Source: Candidatus Parcubacteria bacterium (GTDB lineage: Bacteria > Patescibacteriota > Minisyncoccia > UBA6257 > HR35). Taken from it: DNA of 64,000 nt. The notes under the pieces were generated by a model. That model saw nothing but the letters and a program-made list of their open reading frames with translations, was not told where the DNA came from and searched no databases. The first letter of the stretch is position 1, and every line of letters begins with the position of its first letter. A program made the position numbers and the translations under genes. Below, piece after piece: positions 56,503-64,000 of the stretch. The DNA lies in NCBI GenBank assembly GCA_026004495.1, contig BPJG01000001.1:496527-560526 (forward strand), in the 5' to 3' direction.

Positions 56503-57821
56503 TAGATTATTTGAGATTTATAATTGGCTTTCTATTTTCTGTTTGGTGGCTTATTTTGCCTTTAATTTTATGGTATATAGTAAAAGAAAAACATTTAATC
56601 ACTAAAAGAATTACTTATCGTGCTAAAATTCAATGGATTTTTTTAGAAATTAAAATTCCCGAATTTGTTAAAAAAACTCCTTCAGCAATGGAGGAAATAT
56701 TTTATTCTCTTCATGCAATTTATAGAGGTGGAGATCTTTATTCAAAATATATTTTAGGTTTTACCCCACCTTTTTATGTTTTTGAATTTATTGGTCATAA
56801 TGGAAAATTAAGATTTATTATTCGGTGTCATAAAAATTTAAAAGATTTTGTTACGAGTCGAATATATTCTCAATATCCATCTGCCTTAATCGAAGAGGTT
56901 GAGGATCCGTTAAGGGACTTGCCTTGGAAAATTCCCAATCCTACCTATAATGTTTTTGGAACTGAATTTACTTTTACTAAAAAAGAAGATGACAAATTAA
57001 CGCCTAAGAATTATTATCCGATAAAAACATATAAAGTTTGGGAAAATCTTAAAGACGAAGAAAAAATTGACCCCATTTCTGTTTTTTCTGAAGGCGTCTC
57101 ATATTTAACTGATCAAGAATGGATAATTTTACAAATTATGGCTATGCCTGTGTTAGGCAGTGATAAAGAATTTGGAGTAGAATGGCAAATTAGAGGTACT
57201 AAAGAAATTAATAAAATAATGGGAAGAAAAGAAAAAACTGAACCGTCTCCCTTTGAATATATTGGTGAATTTATTAAAAATTTGCTTTTAGCATTTGCAG
57301 GTCAAAAAATTGAATGGAAAGTTGGAAAAGAAGATCAAAAAAGTGAAGATGTATCTATATTAAAATTATCTCCCGGAGAAAGAGAAGCTATTGAGTCAAT
57401 AGAAAGAAAAATTTCTAAACCTGGTTATTGGTGCGTAGTAAGATTTTCATATGTTGCTAAAAATGATGTTTTTTCTAAAAATATTGATAAAAATGTTGCT
57501 TTAGTTATGGGAACATTAAAAGTTTTTGATAATCCAAGTGGTAATGGTATAGTTAGAGATACTAAAACCATTACAAGTATTGATAGGCCAATTTCTGGCA
57601 AGGTTCCTTATTATAATGAAAAAATATTTTTTAGAAAAAGATTTATTTGGCTTTATACCAAAGGAAGATTTCCAAGTGACTTTAGCTCAAATAGAATTAT
57701 TTTAAATACCGAAGAAATAGCCTCTATTTATCATATACCCCAAGATGTTGGTCCTTATTATGGTATTGAAAAAATTCCTACTAAATATATACCTCCCAGC
57801 TCAGAGGTACCTGAGTTTTAA
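56499..57821 (+). CDS. Hypothetical membrane-anchored protein (440 aa)
   Basis: N-terminal TM helix, then a soluble domain with no recognised motif. 4-nt overlap with the upstream gene. Confidence 0.3.
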   Translation: MIDYLRFIIGFLFSVWWLILPLILWYIVKEKHLITKRITYRAKIQWIFLEIKIPEFVKKTPSAMEEIFYSLHAIYRGGDLYSKYILGFTPPFYVFEFIGHNGKLRFIIRCHKNLKDFVTSRIYSQYPSALIEEVEDPLRDLPWKIPNPTYNVFGTEFTFTKKEDDKLTPKNYYPIKTYKVWENLKDEEKIDPISVFSEGVSYLTDQEWIILQIMAMPVLGSDKEFGVEWQIRGTKEINKIMGRKEKTEPSPFEYIGEFIKNLLLAFAGQKIEWKVGKEDQKSEDVSILKLSPGEREAIESIERKISKPGYWCVVRFSYVAKNDVFSKNIDKNVALVMGTLKVFDNPSGNGIVRDTKTITSIDRPISGKVPYYNEKIFFRKRFIWLYTKGRFPSDFSSNRIILNTEEIASIYHIPQDVGPYYGIEKIPTKYIPPSSEVPEF

Positions 57822-59644
57822 ATATTACTTAAAGAACCTTTATCTTCTCCAATTATTCTTTTGAATTGATTTTTTTCTATGGTTTCTTTTTTATATAAAA
57901 TCTTAGACAATTTTTCTAATTTATCTTTTTTTATTTCTAATACTTTTCTTGCTCTTTGCAAAGAGTGATTAAGAATATTTTTAATTTCTTGATCAATTTC
58001 CTCTGCAGTTTTTTCTGAATAATCTTTTTCAACTAAATATTCTTTATAACCATAAATAAGTTCTTGCTTTGAACCTAAGCTTATTGGTCCAAATTTTTCT
58101 GACATTCCATAATTAGTAATTAATTCTTTGGCTAGATTTGTAGCAATTTTAAGATCTGAGCTAGCTCCAGTGGTTACATCTCCAAAAATAATTTGCTCAG
58201 CAGCATACCCTCCTAAAATACTTGCTAATTCATCTAAAAATTCTTTTTTGAAATAAAAAGATTTTTCTTCTAAAGGTATTTTTAGAGTGTAACCTCCAGC
58301 TCTACCTCTGGCAATGATTGAAATTTTTTGAACTGGTGAAGAATTTGGTAGATAATGAGCCACAATAGCATGACCTGCTTCGTGATAGGCAGCTATTAGT
58401 TTTTCTTTTTTGGAATATACTTTTGATTTTCTTTCGGGTCCTAATAATATTTTTTCAACCGCAAAAATTAAATCTTCTTGCTCTATTTGATTTTTGTTAT
58501 TTTTAGCTGCTAAAATAGCTGCCTCATTACATAAATTAGCTAAATCAGCCCCTGAAAAACCAGGAGTTCTTTCTGCTATTTCTTTAATATCAATCTTACC
58601 AACTCTTTTATTTCTTAAATGAATTTTCAAAATTTCCTCTCTTTCTGAAACAGAGGGTAGCTCTAAAAAGACTTTTCTATCAAATCTTCCTGGTCTCAAA
58701 AGAGCAGGATCTAAGACATCTGGCCTGTTTGTTGCTGCTAAGACAACAAGAGGAATTTCTTTTTCAAATCCGTCCATTTCTGATAATAATTGATTTAGGG
58801 TTTGCTCTCTTTCTTCATGGGCTCCAGTAATTCCTATTCCTCTTATTCTACCTATTGAATCTATTTCGTCAATAAATAGTATAGAAGGAGCTGTTTTTTT
58901 GGCAATAGAAAAAGCGTCTCTTATTCTACTTGCTCCAATACCTACAAATAATTCAATAAATTCAGAGCCAGAAATATAAAAAAATTGAACTCCAGCCTCT
59001 GCTGCTGTTGCTTTGGCTAATAAAGTTTTTCCTGTTCCAGGAGGTCCAACCAATAAAACACCCTTTGGTACCCTTGCTCCTAATGATAAAAATTTCTGAG
59101 GATTTTTTAAGAAATCAATTATTTCTTTCAATTCTTCTTTTGCTTCTTTTAAGCCAGCAACATCATCGAAAGTTATTTTTTCTTTACGTGGATCATAAGT
59201 TCTAATACTTGAGCGAGAAAAAGAAAATATTTGACCTGCACCTTTTTGGGCTTGCGAAAACATATACCAGAATAACCAAATAATTAATATTACCGGCAAT
59301 AAATTAACAATTAACATCATTATTAATTCTTGATAACTTTTATCACTAGAAGTTATTTTTAGATTTAGCAAACTTGTGGTTGTAATATTTAAATCTTTAG
59401 CTATTTGCCAAAAGGTTAAATTGTTTTCTTTATTAACTCTTAAAATACTATTATCATAAGTTTCAATAATTATATTAGTGGGATTAATAATTAGTTGTTT
59501 AACTTTATTATTTTCAATTAATTCTTTTAATTCAAGAAAAGAGATATTTTTAATTACTTTTTGAGCAAAAAAAGAAGAAAAAATAAAAAAACCGATTATT
59601 GTTACAATAAATATGGTAATATAACGAATAATTTTTTTATCCAT
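57818..59644 (-). CDS. ftsH: ATP-dependent zinc metalloprotease FtsH
   Basis: 608 aa. Two TM segments, AAA Walker A GPPGTGKT, SRH, and zinc HEAGHA. Confidence 0.9.
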   Translation of the reverse strand: MDKKIIRYITIFIVTIIGFFIFSSFFAQKVIKNISFLELKELIENNKVKQLIINPTNIIIETYDNSILRVNKENNLTFWQIAKDLNITTTSLLNLKITSSDKSYQELIMMLIVNLLPVILIIWLFWYMFSQAQKGAGQIFSFSRSSIRTYDPRKEKITFDDVAGLKEAKEELKEIIDFLKNPQKFLSLGARVPKGVLLVGPPGTGKTLLAKATAAEAGVQFFYISGSEFIELFVGIGASRIRDAFSIAKKTAPSILFIDEIDSIGRIRGIGITGAHEEREQTLNQLLSEMDGFEKEIPLVVLAATNRPDVLDPALLRPGRFDRKVFLELPSVSEREEILKIHLRNKRVGKIDIKEIAERTPGFSGADLANLCNEAAILAAKNNKNQIEQEDLIFAVEKILLGPERKSKVYSKKEKLIAAYHEAGHAIVAHYLPNSSPVQKISIIARGRAGGYTLKIPLEEKSFYFKKEFLDELASILGGYAAEQIIFGDVTTGASSDLKIATNLAKELITNYGMSEKFGPISLGSKQELIYGYKEYLVEKDYSEKTAEEIDQEIKNILNHSLQRARKVLEIKKDKLEKLSKILYKKETIEKNQFKRIIGEDKGSLSNI

Positions 59645-59696
59645 TAGATATTATAAATTTAGAGTAAATTATCGAAAAATAATTTATTAATTTTAA

Positions 59697-60761
59697 TTAA
59701 TTTACTAAATCTAAAATTAATTTTTTATCTTGAAATTCCAGCTTGCTTATTTTAAATCTATAAGATTTTCCAACTTCGATTATATCTAAATTATTTAAGG
59801 TTATTCCTCTAACCCCATTAGTTTCTATAGTCGCAAAAATGTCATTATTTTTTTCTAAAACTAAACCCTCAACAATATCACCCTCTTTATATGTTTCAAT
59901 GAATTTTAACCAAGTATCATCAGCAAGATATTTTAAACTTAGATTAACTTTAGTATTTTCTATTTTAATAATTTGAGCCTTAATTTTTTCTCCAACTTTA
60001 AAAATTTCTTCAAAATTTTTAAATTTTTCTGGAATTTCTGTAATATGAATTAATCCATCTATTTGGGGATTATCATGTATTTTTACGAAGATACCAAAAG
60101 AACTTACACCTATTATTTCAACCTCAATAATTTGACCAATAGAAAATTTTGATAGAGTCTCTTTATATTCTTTTAATTTTGTAATTCGTTCTGAAAGAAT
60201 TAATTTATCATTACTAGGATCAAAGCTAATAATTTTTAATTTAATTTTTTTTCCTACAAATTTATTTAAGTGTTCTAATATTTTATTCTTATCGTTTTCA
60301 TTTACCCGAGGATAATTTTCGGCAGCTAATTGTGATACAGGAACAAAACCCTTAATGCCTTCTAATTCAACGATTAACCCTCCCTTATTAGCTTCCTTAA
60401 CTTCTAATTCAATTATTTCGTTGTTATTTATTAATTCTTTTATTTTTTGCCAATTATTAACATTTTGATAATTTTGAATTTCTACTTCAAAATTTCCATA
60501 TCCATCATCTAAGCCAACTATTTTTGCAAAGACTTCATCGCCTTCGTTTAATTTATTAATTAAATCTTTATTTCTTAAATAAAAAATACCATACAACCTT
60601 CCAATGCCATAAGGAGATAAATCAATAAATACTTCTTTTGATTTTTTCTTTATTATTTTACCTTTAATAATACTACCTTCTTCTATTTTTTTTATCTTAT
60701 TAAAAGAAATATCGCTTGTTGTCAATTGGGTTGTTGATTGGTTTTGAATAATTTCATTCAT
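59697..60761 (-). CDS. S1 RNA-binding domain protein (short ribosomal-protein-S1-like, about 4 S1 repeats)
   Basis: 354 aa. Repeated OB-fold S1 motifs (GKIV/GEKIKAQII/GQIIEVEIIGV...). Confidence 0.55.
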   Translation of the reverse strand: MNEIIQNQSTTQLTTSDISFNKIKKIEEGSIIKGKIIKKKSKEVFIDLSPYGIGRLYGIFYLRNKDLINKLNEGDEVFAKIVGLDDGYGNFEVEIQNYQNVNNWQKIKELINNNEIIELEVKEANKGGLIVELEGIKGFVPVSQLAAENYPRVNENDKNKILEHLNKFVGKKIKLKIISFDPSNDKLILSERITKLKEYKETLSKFSIGQIIEVEIIGVSSFGIFVKIHDNPQIDGLIHITEIPEKFKNFEEIFKVGEKIKAQIIKIENTKVNLSLKYLADDTWLKFIETYKEGDIVEGLVLEKNNDIFATIETNGVRGITLNNLDIIEVGKSYRFKISKLEFQDKKLILDLVN

Positions 60762-60821
60762 TTTTATGCTATAATTTTAAAAATAAAAATTAATTTTAAA
60801 AGTTAATTATACTTCAAAAAA

Positions 60822-61298
60822 ATGATTATTAAAAAAGACAATTCAGTTGTAGTAATTATTTTAAATAAAAATAAGATTTTATTAGACCCCCCTAAACCAC
60901 TTGAGGGATTTATAAATATTTTATCAGACCCTCAAAAAAATCTCAATACTAACAAGTTTTTCAATATGCCAGGAGAATATGAGGTAGAGGGTGTTTATTT
61001 ACGAATTTATTTTAACAAAAAAAATCTAATTTCTGTTTTTAGAATAAATGAAGTTAATTTTATTTATTTAAACGAAGATCTATCAGATGAATTATTAAAC
61101 TTTATTTTAACTGAATGGTCAGAATTAGATATTGCTCTAATTAGAAATAAAATCAACATCTTGGATAAAATAAAAAATAAGTTAAAATTTAAAATGATTA
61201 TAGATTTAGATAATAAAAATAATTTAAAGGGTGAAAAAATTAAAGAATTAAAAATTAATTCCAAAAAAATAGAAGAAAAAAATATTATTTTAGTTTAG
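60822..61298 (+). CDS. Hypothetical protein
   Basis: 158 aa. No motif recognised. Confidence 0.25.
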   Translation: MIIKKDNSVVVIILNKNKILLDPPKPLEGFINILSDPQKNLNTNKFFNMPGEYEVEGVYLRIYFNKKNLISVFRINEVNFIYLNEDLSDELLNFILTEWSELDIALIRNKINILDKIKNKLKFKMIIDLDNKNNLKGEKIKELKINSKKIEEKNIILV

Positions 61299-61313
61299 AT
61301 AAATTTTTTAAAA

Positions 61314-61535
61314 ATGTTTGATCAAAAGCATATTAGAAATAAATTTAAGGCGCTAAAATATTCAATTGCTGTTTTTATTATTATTATGTTTCTTTGGTGG
61401 TTGCAGGGAGGTCATATACTTTCTTTTCTAAAACCTCAACCATCTCCAGCTGAAATTGCCATTAATACAACTGCTAATATTTTTAAATTAGGCTTAGCTA
61501 ATATTTTTTCTTTTTTTGTTGAGTTATTTAAATAA
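61314..61535 (+). CDS. Small membrane protein (hypothetical)
   Basis: 73 aa with one or two TM segments. Confidence 0.2.
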   Translation: MFDQKHIRNKFKALKYSIAVFIIIMFLWWLQGGHILSFLKPQPSPAEIAINTTANIFKLGLANIFSFFVELFK

Positions 61536-61616
61536 CTTTAATGTATTTAATAACTTAAGAGATTTAAAAATTAATTTATTCTAATTTTTAATTTTTTATA
61601 TTTTAAAAACTAAATT

Positions 61617-63953
61617 ATGAAAGAATCAATAAAAATATCAGAAATTACAAACGAATTAAAAAGTTCATACCTTGACTATGCTTTAAGTGTTATTATTTCT
61701 AGAGCTTTACCTGATGTTCGAGATGGATTAAAGCCAGTTCAAAGAAGAATCCTTTATGTTATGAGAGAACTAGGCCTTTGGCCAAATGAAAAATTTACAA
61801 AATGTGCAAATATTGTTGGTAATACTATTGCTAGATATCATCCTCATGGCGACCAAGCTGTTTATGAATCATTAGTAAGATTAGCTCAAGATTTTTCTAT
61901 GAGGTATTCTTTAGTATGGGGCCAAGGTAATTTTGGGTCAATTGATGGTGACCCTCCAGCTGCTTATAGGTATACTGAAGCTAAATTAACTCCTATAGCC
62001 GTTGAAATGCTTGCTGATATAGAAAAAGAATCTGTCGATTTTAGGTCAAATTATGATAATACGAGAAAAGAACCAGTAGTGCTTCCATCTAAGATACCTC
62101 AACTTTTAATTAATGGAACCTTAGGTATTGCTGTCGGAATGGCTACCAATATTCCTCCTCATAATTTAACTGAAGTGAGTAATGCAGTCAAAAAATTAAT
62201 CAATAATCCCGATATTTCAATAAAAGACTTGATTCAAATTATAAAAGGACCTGATTTTCCTACTGGAGGGATTATTTATGGCAAGAAAACACTTTTTGAG
62301 GCCTATAGAACTGGTAGAGGGAGTATCGTTATTAGAGGGAAGGTTAAAGTTGAAGAAACAAAAAGAGGTAATAAATATTTAGTTATTACTGAAATACCTT
62401 GGCAAGTTAATAAAGCAGAATTAATTCGTCAAATAGCAGATTTGGGTTTAAATAAAATATTACCTCAAATTAAAGAAGTTAGAGATGAGTCAAATAGAGA
62501 AGGAATTAGAATAATAATTGAATTAAGCGATAAAGATGATAGATTAATTCATAATACAATTAATAAAATTTATCGCTTGACAGATTTACAAAAAAATTAT
62601 TACTTTAATTTAATTGCTTTAGAAAATGGAATTCAGCCAAAATTATTTAATTTAAAAGATTTACTTCTTAATTGGATAGATCATAGAAGAGAAATAATTC
62701 GTCGTCGAACTAAATACGATTTAGATAAGACAAAAGAAAGAATTGAAATTTTAGAAGGTTTTAAAAAGGCTATTAAAAATATAGATTTAGTTATTAAAAT
62801 AATTAAAAAATCAATCGATAAACAAACAGCTAAAAAAAATTTAATGGTTAAATTAAAGATAAATGATAGACAAGCAGAGGCTATTTTGGAAATGCCTTTA
62901 AGGTCATTAACTTCTCTAGAAACTAAGAAAATCATTGAAGAATTAAATGAAAAATTAAAACTAAAAGCAGAATTAGAAACGATTCTTAAATATCCTAAAA
63001 AAATTGATGAAATTATTATTAGAGAAACTGATGAATTAATTAAAAAATTTGGTGATGAAAGGAAAACTGAAATAATTGATGAAGATTTAAGTATAACAAA
63101 AGTAGAAGAGGAAGTTATTAATGAAGATATTTTATTATTAATAAACAACAAGGGTTTAGTTAAATCATTCGCTATAAATACTTCTATAGATAAAATATTA
63201 AAAAATAAGGATGAGATTGGGAAAATAGTTATTGCCAATACTCAAGATAAATTATTAGCTTATTCTCAAAATGGTAAAATTTATACTATTTCGGTAAATG
63301 AATTTTACAATACAAACAAATATTTAGAATCAACAATAATATTGGATAAGAATGATCAATTAAAAGATATCTTAACTTATAAAAATAAAAAATATATTCT
63401 TTGCTTAACTAAATTTGGTTTGGGTAAAAAAATTAAACTTGACGAAGTTATTAGTAATAGAAAAAGTGGAGTTCAAATAATTAAATTAAAAGATAATGAT
63501 AGTTTGATAAAAACATTAGCAGTTGATGATGAGCCAATAGCTATTTTTACTAAAAATGGTTCTGCTTTAGGTATAAAAGATCAAGTTCCAATTCAAGGAA
63601 GAGCTTCAGCTGGAGTAAGGTTAATTAAGCTTTCCCAGAACGACAATGTTTTTAATATTTCCGTTGTTAATAAGAATTACGTAGTTGTAATTTTTTCAAA
63701 TGGTTATATAAAAAAGTTTTCTGTTAAAGAGCTTAATTTTCAAAAAAGAGGTGGTAAAGGTATTAAAATATTTGAAAATAAAGATAAGTTTGGAGAATTA
63801 ATTTTTGTTGATTTATTAAATAATGATGATAAAATTTTATTAGTTAATGAAAAAATGGAAACCATTTTAGTTAAAGATATTAAAGAAGTAAAAAGAATTA
63901 ATCAACCTATTAAAATAGTCGATCTCAAAATTAATTTAGTTAATACAATTTAA
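61617..63953 (+). CDS. gyrA: DNA gyrase subunit A (or ParC); type IIA topoisomerase A subunit
   Basis: 778 aa. [23 protein letters not shown] and the active-site [10 protein letters not shown]. The C-terminal beta-pinwheel is shorter than in many GyrA proteins. Confidence 0.8.
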   Translation: MKESIKISEITNELKSSYLDYALSVIISRALPDVRDGLKPVQRRILYVMRELGLWPNEKFTKCANIVGNTIARYHPHGDQAVYESLVRLAQDFSMRYSLVWGQGNFGSIDGDPPAAYRYTEAKLTPIAVEMLADIEKESVDFRSNYDNTRKEPVVLPSKIPQLLINGTLGIAVGMATNIPPHNLTEVSNAVKKLINNPDISIKDLIQIIKGPDFPTGGIIYGKKTLFEAYRTGRGSIVIRGKVKVEETKRGNKYLVITEIPWQVNKAELIRQIADLGLNKILPQIKEVRDESNREGIRIIIELSDKDDRLIHNTINKIYRLTDLQKNYYFNLIALENGIQPKLFNLKDLLLNWIDHRREIIRRRTKYDLDKTKERIEILEGFKKAIKNIDLVIKIIKKSIDKQTAKKNLMVKLKINDRQAEAILEMPLRSLTSLETKKIIEELNEKLKLKAELETILKYPKKIDEIIIRETDELIKKFGDERKTEIIDEDLSITKVEEEVINEDILLLINNKGLVKSFAINTSIDKILKNKDEIGKIVIANTQDKLLAYSQNGKIYTISVNEFYNTNKYLESTIILDKNDQLKDILTYKNKKYILCLTKFGLGKKIKLDEVISNRKSGVQIIKLKDNDSLIKTLAVDDEPIAIFTKNGSALGIKDQVPIQGRASAGVRLIKLSQNDNVFNISVVNKNYVVVIFSNGYIKKFSVKELNFQKRGGKGIKIFENKDKFGELIFVDLLNNDDKILLVNEKMETILVKDIKEVKRINQPIKIVDLKINLVNTI

Positions 63954-63955
63954 AA

Positions 63956-64000
63956 ATGGAAAGTAAAGAAATAAAGATAAGAATAAATCCTAGGATTTTT
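63956..64000 (+). CDS. 5' fragment of an ORF running off the right edge
   Basis: MESKEIKIRINPRIF... Too short to assign. Confidence 0.15.
   Translation, partial: MESKEIKIRINPRIF

Noticed and set aside
59008-59205. ORF 59008..59205 (+) inside ftsH
   Set aside because: Antisense shadow ORF.
61064-61264. ORF 61064..61264 (-) antisense to the 158-aa hypothetical
   Set aside because: Both are weak. I kept the longer plus-strand ORF, which has a clean start after the intergenic gap.
62681-63238. 185-aa ORF 62681..63238 (-) inside gyrA
   Set aside because: Antisense to a confident gyrA coding region. The Ser/Ile/Leu-rich translation is typical of a wrong-strand reading.
1-64000. CRISPR arrays, rRNA genes, tmRNA, RNase P RNA and SRP RNA
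   Set aside because: I scanned the intergenic regions for regularly spaced direct repeats and for conserved motifs of the structured RNAs and found none. The only structured-RNA genes I can support are the three tRNAs.

Overview
The window is a very AT-rich bacterial chromosome segment, about one quarter GC by eye, with short intergenic spacers and frequent 1-20 nt gene overlaps. It reads like a streamlined, uncultivated lineage, possibly CPR/Patescibacteria-like, with thermophile-type genes: reverse gyrase, a GH57 glycosidase, a PolX polymerase and a LysW carrier-protein pathway.

Housekeeping content:
- Translation and RNA: tRNA-His, tRNA-Ser and tRNA-Gly; ribosomal proteins L13, S9, L21, L28 and an S1-like protein; gatB; a CsaA-like tRNA-binding protein; sigma-70.
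- Replication and repair: dnaX, dnaG, gyrA, tmk, uvrC, a 3-methyladenine glycosylase, rmuC, PolX.
- Envelope and export: ftsW-murG, a cell-wall amidase, secG, ftsH.
- Metabolism and transport: rpiB, gap, a GH57/glycosyltransferase pair, a znuACB-like metal ABC transporter.
- Surface: a seven-gene type IV pilus locus.

The clearest anomaly is a roughly 3.6 kb compositionally foreign island (about 48.5-52.1 kb) abutting the 3' end of tRNA-Ser(GGA). It is built from two nested pairs of long inverted repeats that share an 11-bp att-like core. It carries a roughly 50% GC tryptophanyl-tRNA synthetase, an excisionase-like HTH gene and a multiply disrupted large serine recombinase.

Other items worth a second look:
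- Reverse gyrase co-transcribed with a SET-domain methyltransferase.
- A LysW/LysXYZJ amino-group-carrier cluster in which LysW ends in Gln rather than Glu, sits next to an Ntn-type class II amidotransferase-like protein and lacks LysK.
- A stand-alone DGQHR (DndB-like) protein.
- A sigma-region-4-like protein plus membrane protein module.
- Several short repeat arrays in intergenic regions.

Coordinates I derived myself (tRNAs, repeats, promoters, LysW) may be off by about 1 nt. CDS coordinates follow the supplied ORF track.
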